Positions 57,496 through 64,000 of a stretch of DNA of 64,000 nucleotides are shown here, one piece after another. How positions within the stretch are numbered: position 1 is the first letter of the stretch; each line of letters starts with the position of its first letter. Below the pieces are notes generated by a model. That model was not told the DNA's origin. It ran no database searches and saw only the letters and a program-made list of their open reading frames with translations. The position numbers and the translations under genes were made by a program. The DNA is from Anaerolineales bacterium UBA2181 (lineage in GTDB: Bacteria > Chloroflexota > Anaerolineae > Promineifilales > UBA4811), in contig DCVT01000022.1 of the NCBI GenBank assembly GCA_002328075.1, positions 9,172 to 73,171 of the forward strand, in the 5' to 3' direction.

Positions 57496-57844
57496 AGCAC
57501 ACTCCCGAATGATGTCTCCGCGGTATTATACCACACTGCCTGGGGCGCGCCGAAAACTGGCCCGACGCAATCTGTGCAGCGTGCCCGACTTTGGCCAGGC
57601 GGCCGATTGTCAACCATCTGTTCATAACTCCTTTATCCATGACTCACTGCGGGATGACAATCGATGCGAAACGAAGCCCTGGGCTTCGGTGGCCTCGAGC
57701 GATGCCGACCGGTTTGGAGCTGCTCTGCAGCTTCCAGTTTCATCATCTCCTCACGTCGGGGCGGGGGCCTTGTCCTGCTCCCCCGACTGTCTCCAGAGGC
57801 AAATTCGGCGATTTAACTGAACCATGACCGGCGGTTATTGGATC

Positions 57845-57887
57845 GTTAACACTGTTTTCAAACCCCGTTAATCTGGCCGTGTTAACC
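57845..57887 (+). promoter_or_regulatory. Putative Pho-box array upstream of pstS
   Basis: TTAACA (57846), TTCAAA (57857) and TTAATC (57868) are phased exactly 11 bp apart. A fourth TTAACC sits at 57882. The array is ~75-115 nt upstream of the pstS ATG in an AT-richer stretch. It resembles the direct-repeat TT(A/T/C)ACA boxes bound by PhoP/PhoB-type regulators. Confidence 0.4.
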
Positions 57888-57958
57888 TCAAGGGTAGATT
57901 TGTTCAGATTGGACCCGTCTTGGGTAGCTAACATGAAAACAGAAAGAGGAGAGAAGTA

Positions 57959-58861
57959 ATGCATCGTATTGGCTTGATTCTGGCCATATCTCTGGCCGTA
58001 CTGATCCAGGTGTCCTGTGGTGCGGCGGATGCCACATCGGCGCCAGCCCAGGTGCCCGCACAGGCTCCAGCGACTCTGGCGCCGGCAGGGTTGGCCGGGC
58101 TGACTGGTCAGATCCAAATCGCAGGTTCGACCACGGTTCAGCCGCTGGCGGAGCAGTTGGCAGAGGCCTTTATGGCGCTCAATCCGGACGTGATGGTTGA
58201 GGTCCAGGGCGGTGGATCCAGCCAGGGGGTGACCATGGCGGGCGAGGGGACGGTGGACATTGGAAATGCGTCACGCGACGTGAAACAGAGCGAGTTCGCC
58301 AAGTTCACCAGTTTGACGGTGCACACCATTGCCTACGATGGGATAGCCATTGTGACGCACCCTGGTGTGACGTTGCCTACGCTCACGGTGGAGCAGGTGC
58401 GGGACATCTTTGCCGGCGAGATCATGAACTACTCTGAGGTAGGCGGACCGAACGCGGATATTGTGGTGGTATCGCGTGAAGAAGGCTCCGGGACGCGGGC
58501 GGCGTTCGAGGAGTTGGTGATGGCGTACAAGGACGCGGCGGGAGAGAGCAAGACCAAGCTGATCTACGAGCGGGCGCTTTTGCAGCAGTCGAACGGGCAG
58601 GTGCGGACGGCAGTATCGACGACGTCCAATGCAATAGCATACTTGTCGTTTGGGTTTCTGGATAGCTCGGTGCGCGCGGTGCCCATCAATGGGTTCGAGC
58701 CGACGGCGGGCAACGTCAAAGCGGCCACTTATCCGATTGTGCGACCACTGAACATGCTGACCAACGGTGCCCCCAATGCTCTGTCGCAGGCTTTCCTGGA
58801 CTTTATCCTGAGCGACGCGGGCCAGGCCATTGTGGGTGAGGAATATATCACGGTGCATTAG
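57959..58861 (+). CDS. pstS: Phosphate ABC transporter substrate-binding protein PstS
   Basis: SD agaggagag. Signal peptide. GSTTVQPLAEQLAEAF and GGGSSQG motifs typical of the PstS family. First gene of pstSCAB. Confidence 0.9.
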   Translation: MHRIGLILAISLAVLIQVSCGAADATSAPAQVPAQAPATLAPAGLAGLTGQIQIAGSTTVQPLAEQLAEAFMALNPDVMVEVQGGGSSQGVTMAGEGTVDIGNASRDVKQSEFAKFTSLTVHTIAYDGIAIVTHPGVTLPTLTVEQVRDIFAGEIMNYSEVGGPNADIVVVSREEGSGTRAAFEELVMAYKDAAGESKTKLIYERALLQQSNGQVRTAVSTTSNAIAYLSFGFLDSSVRAVPINGFEPTAGNVKAATYPIVRPLNMLTNGAPNALSQAFLDFILSDAGQAIVGEEYITVH

Positions 58862-58973
58862 GCAAGGATGCTTGTCTCTCGAGGGAGCATCGGACGGTGG
58901 CCGTTAGCTTGGCCCGGTCAGGTGTTCCCTTTTTGCCGTCTCTGGTACGTGTGCCAATGAGGAGTGAGGGCAG

Positions 58974-60341
58974 TTGAACATCAGAGCAGCAGTTGTGGGC
59001 TCGAGGCAACGCCCAGTGCTGGCAACAGGGCTTGCTGTGCTGCTCGCTGTGGGCGCCCTGGCGTGGCTGGTTCGCGGGTTAGTGTTGGCGGTTTCAGCGG
59101 CCGAGGGGAAACTGGGCGCGCTGCAGGGCCTTTTGATCACAGTTGTGGTGACTGGCGCTGCTTTGACCCTGGCCTGGGGAATGTGGCAATTACAGAACTG
59201 GGCACGGTCCGGGGTTCTGTTCCTACTGATCGGCGTCGGCCTCTACTATGGCCTGAGCCAGGTCTTTGCCGGCGCAAGCGAGATCTTTGCCGGGGAGCAA
59301 GTCAAAAGCCTTGGTGAGATACTGCTGGTTGCCGTGCGCTCGCTGGGCCGGCTGGCGGCAACCGGCGCCGTGCCGGCCGCAATCATCTTTGGGCTGTTGC
59401 GGCTGGACTCGGATTTTGAGGAGACGCGCCGGCAGCGCGTGCTGGTGGATCGCACGGTGCGCTACATCCTTTTTTCCTCGGCATTGAGCGCCATCCTGAT
59501 CGTGTTCCTGATCCTGCTGTTCACCATGCGGGAGGCCTGGGATTCCATTCGACACGTAGGGCTGGACACCATGTTGCTGGGCACAATCTGGCGCCCCGGC
59601 TCAATCATCGGCAATTCCGAAGCCCAGCTGGGCCTGGTTCCCATGATTATTGGTTCTATCCTCAGCACCATAGGGGCGGCGGCCTTGGGAGTTCCCATCT
59701 CAATCGGCACGGCCATTCTGCTGGCCGAGGTAGCGCCCGACAAAGTGCGGGAGGTAGTTCGGCCCGCCATCGAGCTCTTGGCCGGCATTCCGTCGGTGGT
59801 CTACGGCCTGTTTGGGATGGTGGTCCTGGCCCCTTTCATCAGCAAGACGTTCCTGATTAGGTACAATACCGGGTACGGCCTGCTAAATGCCGCCATCATC
59901 CTGGCCGTAATGATTGTGCCCACCATCACCAACATCACCGAAGATGCAATTCGGGCAGTGCCCAAGCGTTACAAAGAGGGCTCGCTGGCGTTGGGCGCTA
60001 CCCATTGGCAGACTATTGTGAATGTCATCTTGCCCGCGGCCCGATCCGGAATTGTGGCTGCCATCATCTTGGGCATCGGTCGGGCTCTGGGCGAAACCAT
60101 GGCGTTGATCATGGTCATCGGTAACTCGATTGCCATACCCACTCCGCTCAACAACAACCCATTGACCCTGTTCCTCAGCGCAGCGCGCACCCTCACTGGA
60201 AACATCGCCGTCGAGATTGCCTACGCGGCTGGTCTACATCGGAGCGCACTCTTTTTCACCGGTGTGCTGCTGTTCGTGATGATTCTTCTCACCAATGTGC
60301 TGGCGCGCCACTTTATGCGTGAGCGGCAGCCTTTGCGTTAG
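58974..60341 (+). CDS. pstC: Phosphate ABC transporter permease PstC with ~150-aa N-terminal multi-TM extension
   Basis: TTG start with gaggag SD. The C-terminal ~300 aa are canonical PstC (EAA-type loop YKEGSLALGATHWQTIVNVILPAARSGIVAAIILGIGRALGETMA). The first ~150 aa add about four hydrophobic helices. Confidence 0.85.
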   Translation: MNIRAAVVGSRQRPVLATGLAVLLAVGALAWLVRGLVLAVSAAEGKLGALQGLLITVVVTGAALTLAWGMWQLQNWARSGVLFLLIGVGLYYGLSQVFAGASEIFAGEQVKSLGEILLVAVRSLGRLAATGAVPAAIIFGLLRLDSDFEETRRQRVLVDRTVRYILFSSALSAILIVFLILLFTMREAWDSIRHVGLDTMLLGTIWRPGSIIGNSEAQLGLVPMIIGSILSTIGAAALGVPISIGTAILLAEVAPDKVREVVRPAIELLAGIPSVVYGLFGMVVLAPFISKTFLIRYNTGYGLLNAAIILAVMIVPTITNITEDAIRAVPKRYKEGSLALGATHWQTIVNVILPAARSGIVAAIILGIGRALGETMALIMVIGNSIAIPTPLNNNPLTLFLSAARTLTGNIAVEIAYAAGLHRSALFFTGVLLFVMILLTNVLARHFMRERQPLR

Positions 60342-60359
60342 GAGAGGTGGAGCAAAGCC

Positions 60360-61292
60360 ATGGCTTCGATCGCTCAGGTAGTGCAGTCCCGTTGGAGCGC
60401 ACGCGCTGCAGGCGGCAACCATCTGCAGCGCAAACTTGCCCAAAAAGCCGCATTCGGGTTGTTGTGGTTGTCAGCTGCGATCGTGGTGGTTCTGTTGCTC
60501 TGGATCACTGGCTACGTTCTGTGGAACGGAGCCCGCGCGATCAACTTGGAGTTCCTTACTACTCGGCCGGCCGGCGGGGTTTCGGGCGAGGGTGGAATGT
60601 CGACGACCATCGTTACGACGCTCTACCTGGTGGTGTTGACCATCTGCCTGGCGACGCCGTTGGGCGTGTTTGGGGCCGTATTTTTGGCAGAGTACGCCGG
60701 AGAGGCGCAACAAATCAACCCGCTGGTTCGGCGCCTGATCGCCGTCTCGCGCACCGGGGTGGAGATCCTGGCCGGGGTGCCGTCCATTATTTTCGGCCTC
60801 TTTGGCTTTGCGGTCTTTGTTTCGCTGATGAAACTCAAACTCTCGCTGCTTTCGGCCGGCCTAAGCGGTGCCTGCCTGGTTCTGCCAGTGATCATCCGTA
60901 CGACTGAAGAGGCGTTGATGGCGGTGCCCGGTTCCTACCGCGAGGCCAGTCTGGGGTTAGGCGCCACCAAGTGGCAGACTATATCGGGCGTGGTGATTCC
61001 GGCCGCCATGCCGGGCATCATCACCGGCGTGATCCTCAGCGTTGGCAGAATTGTTGCCGAGACTGCGATCTTCTGGGTGACGCTGGGCGGAAGCTATCGC
61101 CTGCCCAAGAATCTGCTGTCGGCCGGCCGGACCATGGCGCTTCACGTCTACAGCCTGGCTACCGAGACCCGTGCTTTTGACAAAGCTATGGGCACGGCCG
61201 CCATTCTAATCCTGACCATCATGCTGCTTAACCTGGCCATCAACATTGTTTCGCGGCGTTTGGCTGCGAGGTCCATGGGCAAACTGGGGTAA
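60360..61292 (+). CDS. pstA: Phosphate ABC transporter permease PstA
   Basis: [47 protein letters not shown] loop. 6 TM. Its position between pstC and pstB fits. Confidence 0.9.
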   Translation: MASIAQVVQSRWSARAAGGNHLQRKLAQKAAFGLLWLSAAIVVVLLLWITGYVLWNGARAINLEFLTTRPAGGVSGEGGMSTTIVTTLYLVVLTICLATPLGVFGAVFLAEYAGEAQQINPLVRRLIAVSRTGVEILAGVPSIIFGLFGFAVFVSLMKLKLSLLSAGLSGACLVLPVIIRTTEEALMAVPGSYREASLGLGATKWQTISGVVIPAAMPGIITGVILSVGRIVAETAIFWVTLGGSYRLPKNLLSAGRTMALHVYSLATETRAFDKAMGTAAILILTIMLLNLAINIVSRRLAARSMGKLG

Positions 61293-62065
61293 TGGCAATG
61301 GAAGCCACAAAACTGGAAGTCAACCACTGCGATTTTTACTATGGCGGGTTTCGCGCGCTGAAAGACGTGCAAGTTCAGATCCCTGCCAATCGGATCACCT
61401 CGATTATCGGCCCATCTGGTTGCGGCAAGAGCACCTTTCTTCGTCTCTTTAACCGCATGAACGATCTGATTCCCGGCGCCAGGGCCGAGGGCGAGATCCG
61501 CATGGACGGACAGCAGTTGTATGACCTGGATATTGTCGAACTGCGCAAGCGGGTGGGCATGGTGTTTCAACGGCCAAACCCGTTCCCGAAATCGATCATG
61601 GACAACGTGGCTTACGGACCCCGCGCGCACGGTGTGCGTGACCGGGTCCGGCTGGAAGAGATCGTCGAGCGTAGCCTGCGCGACGCAGCGCTGTGGGATG
61701 AGGTAAAGGACAACCTCGACAAATCCGGACTGGCGCTCTCTGGCGGGCAGCAACAGCGGTTGTGCATTGCCCGGGCTCTGGCGGTTGAACCCGAGGTGAT
61801 TCTCATGGACGAGCCGGCATCGGCGTTGGATCCGGTGGCTACCCTGCGCATCGAAGAATTGATTCAGACCCTCAAGAAACACTATACAATCGTCATTGTG
61901 ACGCACAACATGCAGCAGGCGGCCCGCGCCTCCGACTATACTGCCTTTTTTATGATGGGCGAGGATCGGGAAGGATATCTGGTAGAGTATGGCCCAACCC
62001 GCGAGGTCTTTACCAATCCCAAGGACCGGCGCACCGAAGACTATATAACGGGCAAGTTCGGCTAA
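61292..62065 (+). CDS. pstB: Phosphate ABC transporter ATP-binding protein PstB
   Basis: It overlaps the pstA stop by 1 nt. [53 protein letters not shown] and [13 protein letters not shown] make a textbook PstB. Confidence 0.95.
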   Translation: MAMEATKLEVNHCDFYYGGFRALKDVQVQIPANRITSIIGPSGCGKSTFLRLFNRMNDLIPGARAEGEIRMDGQQLYDLDIVELRKRVGMVFQRPNPFPKSIMDNVAYGPRAHGVRDRVRLEEIVERSLRDAALWDEVKDNLDKSGLALSGGQQQRLCIARALAVEPEVILMDEPASALDPVATLRIEELIQTLKKHYTIVIVTHNMQQAARASDYTAFFMMGEDREGYLVEYGPTREVFTNPKDRRTEDYITGKFG

Positions 62066-62078
62066 ATCGGAGGCGTAC

Positions 62079-62567
62079 ATGGCAAGGCGACGGGTTCTCT
62101 TCTTGTGCACGGGCAATTCGTGTCGCAGCCAGATGGCTGAAGGGTTGGTGAATGCGCACCTTCCGGGGCAATGGCAGGCTTTTTCGGCCGGCACACGACC
62201 GGCCGGCCAGGTCCATGAGCTGGCAACACGGGTAATGGCCGAACTGGGTGTTGATATTGGGCCGCAGATTCCCAAATCGTTGGATGCGCTCCGCGGCGTC
62301 GACCTGGACCTGGTGATCACACTGTGCGACAGCGCGGCACAAGAGTGTCCCTTGTGGCCGGGAGGCGGTCAGCGAGTGCACATGGCCTTTCCCGACCCGG
62401 CGGAAGCGACTGGCTCCGAAGAGCAACGTATCGCAAAGTTCCGCAGTGTTCGGGATGCCATTCACCTACAGGTGCTTGAGCTTCTCGGCCAATACGTCGC
62501 TCATCCACCCGGTCCCGGAACAGACGGGAACGACAGACGGACAGGAGCATTTGTACGCAGGGCGTAG
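62079..62567 (+). CDS. arsC: Arsenate reductase, thioredoxin-coupled LMW-PTPase type (ArsC)
   Basis: VLFLCTGNSCRSQMAEG P-loop (C-x5-R) plus the downstream Cys pair in ITLCDSAAQECP, seven residues apart as in pI258/B. subtilis-type ArsC. It starts 13 nt after pstB. Confidence 0.8.
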   Translation: MARRRVLFLCTGNSCRSQMAEGLVNAHLPGQWQAFSAGTRPAGQVHELATRVMAELGVDIGPQIPKSLDALRGVDLDLVITLCDSAAQECPLWPGGGQRVHMAFPDPAEATGSEEQRIAKFRSVRDAIHLQVLELLGQYVAHPPGPGTDGNDRRTGAFVRRA

Positions 62568-62786
62568 ATTGTTCACGCCGGCATGATGCGAAGGCCGGTG
62601 CGCTGTGACCTGGGTCTGGAGCAAGGCTGGATTGACACCGGGGCGAACCGTTTTGCCTGGCCAGCAGGGTGGAAAGGGCGCTTACCAACACGATCAGCGC
62701 GGTGGTCAGGGTCGGCCCGGCGACAGCCCGGACGGGAATCGACGAGCAACTCGCCCGGAAACGCCAAGGCAAAAACAAATGACGGG

Positions 62787-63122
62787 ATGCGCTCTGTGAT
62801 GTCCACTCAGCACCCTGTCGCCGGCGACCGACGCGTGCTGGCAGCCTGCGTCAAGTTCACGAACGAGCTGGGGGATGTGGGCGGGGATCTGCGAGATGTA
62901 TACCCATTGGTGTTGATCATGGGATCGGTGTCGTTGCCGACCCAGATCAGCGCCATCCCGCGTATGGCCGAGCAGATCCAAGGTATGTTACGCCAGGAAT
63001 TGGCGGCCCTGGTCGACCGCGACCTGGAAACGGTCCGGGTGACTGCTCGCCAAGGCGACTGGGATCCCCTTCAAGCGGGCGCACCATGCGCTTCCGGTGC
63101 TCAGTCTGGAAGCTCAAGTTGA
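62787..63122 (+). pseudogene. Truncated PhoU paralog (internal fragment only)
   Basis: VMSTQHPVAGDRRVLAACVKFTNELGDVGGDLRDVYPLVLIMGSVSLPTQISAIPRMAEQIQGMLRQELAALVDRDLETVRVTARQGD aligns without gaps to residues ~66-150 of the intact PhoU downstream (LIATQQPVAGDMRVLAAVLEIATELERLGDYAKGI...LLDLPVMAQKGVDMLRRALDAFAHRDVEQARQIPHEDD). The N-terminal ~65 aa and the second PhoU repeat are missing. Confidence 0.55.
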
Positions 63123-63304
63123 CACCCTTGCTTTCGTCCGCTGCGGGCGGGCATTACTTAAAGCACACGGGTGTTCGGGTCACCCAGATCTGTGAACCGA
63201 TTGTCAACATGGTTCCGGGTCAGATTCACGGGCTTGTCGGTGTTTGTCCTTTGGCCTCCATGCCGGTATAATCCAGGTGGCTGGAGGTTGTGCGAGGTGA
63301 TGCT

Positions 63305-63982
63305 ATGATCAGAGAAGCGTATGCCAAAGAGCTGCAGCGGATCCAGGATGAGGTCATGTTATTGGGGAGCATGGTGGGGGATGCGATCCTCAAGTCGGTT
63401 GAGGTGTTAAAACGGCGCGACCACGAAGGGGCCAAGTGCCTACGGAAGGCAGATCGGGAGATCAACCAACGACGATATGCCATCGAGTCGGACGTCCTCA
63501 CGCTGATCGCCACCCAGCAACCTGTGGCCGGGGATATGCGTGTCCTGGCAGCGGTGCTAGAGATCGCCACCGAGCTGGAGCGGCTGGGCGATTACGCCAA
63601 GGGGATCGCCAAGATCAGCCTCAAAATCGGCGATGAGCCGCTCATCAAACCGCTGTTGGACCTGCCGGTTATGGCCCAGAAAGGGGTGGACATGTTGCGC
63701 CGGGCACTGGATGCGTTTGCCCACCGGGACGTGGAGCAGGCTCGCCAAATCCCGCACGAGGATGACGCGGTCGACGACCTGTACGACCAGGTCTACCGAG
63801 AGTTGATTGCGATCATCATGGGCAATCCGCGAACCATTGACCAGGCCAACTATTTGATGTGGGCGGCGCATAATCTGGAGCGGACCGCGGACCGGGTGAC
63901 CAACATCTGCGAGCGGGTGATCTTTATGGTCACGGGCGAAATGGTGGAGATCGGACGCAAAGGGGTTCGCGAATACAACTGA
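63305..63982 (+). CDS. phoU: Phosphate signalling complex protein PhoU
   Basis: Start refined to ATG 63305. Two PhoU repeats with ATELERLGDYAKGIA and AHNLERTADRVTNICERV (E/D-x-x-x-D metal motifs). 225 aa. Confidence 0.9.
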   Translation: MIREAYAKELQRIQDEVMLLGSMVGDAILKSVEVLKRRDHEGAKCLRKADREINQRRYAIESDVLTLIATQQPVAGDMRVLAAVLEIATELERLGDYAKGIAKISLKIGDEPLIKPLLDLPVMAQKGVDMLRRALDAFAHRDVEQARQIPHEDDAVDDLYDQVYRELIAIIMGNPRTIDQANYLMWAAHNLERTADRVTNICERVIFMVTGEMVEIGRKGVREYN

Positions 63983-64000
63983 CCTGGCTTCCTGACCAGG

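Noticed and set aside
61148-62320. 390-aa minus-strand ORF opposite pstA/pstB/arsC
   Set aside because: This is the classic long antisense ORF opposite an ABC ATPase gene. It has no motifs, and the + strand genes are unambiguous.
1-64000. Search for CRISPR arrays, transposases, integrases, IS inverted repeats, prophage genes, toxin-antitoxin pairs and known defence-system signature genes
   Set aside because: I saw no regularly spaced repeats and no recombinase, transposase or phage structural motifs in any long ORF. The only tRNA has no adjacent integrase. The accessory character of this window comes from fusions, relics and orphan genes, not from mobile elements.

Overview
This is a GC-rich bacterial chromosomal segment, densely coding on both strands. 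The gene content (archaeal-type ApgM, YfhO, repeated R-x-x-Y-x-Y membrane modules, many lipoproteins, giant multi-domain membrane proteins) suggests a Chloroflexota-like organism, but that is inference only. I support about 50 protein genes, one tRNA-Leu(CAA), four hairpins called as terminators (three of them clear), one putative Pho-box array and three candidate gene relics. I found no rRNA, CRISPR array, transposase, integrase or prophage.

Recognisable blocks:
- A tungstate/molybdate-type ABC permease fragment with a GntR+PBP regulator (1-1.7 kb).
- DeoR, a sugar ABC ATPase, ApgM and AsnS (2-6.6 kb).
- A polyprenyl-phosphate glycosylation module with a giant YfhO::flippase fusion (6.7-11.6 kb).
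- An orphan secreted protein beside a NarL/REC-GAF-kinase pair (12-16 kb).
- A gene-poor, decaying stretch with two GNATs and a GNAT pseudogene (22.4-27.2 kb).
- A pair of HTH-plus-Sm/Hfq-like genes convergent with an ECF sigma / anti-sigma / NUDIX operon (30.4-33.7 kb).
- rpsA.
- A four-gene operon of propeller protein, GPH transporter, IMPase and a DUF2877-like protein (40.5-46 kb).
- A dynamin-like GTPase.
- A PhoB/PhoR-type pair, pstSCAB-arsC-phoU, and between them a 1303-aa TPR-DppB-DppC-M28 fusion.

The most unusual items are, in order, the HTH-Sm gene pair, the permease-peptidase mega-fusion, the YfhO-flippase fusion and the propeller operon. All domain calls come from reading the translations by eye. 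No database search was run, so family names should be confirmed with HMM searches.
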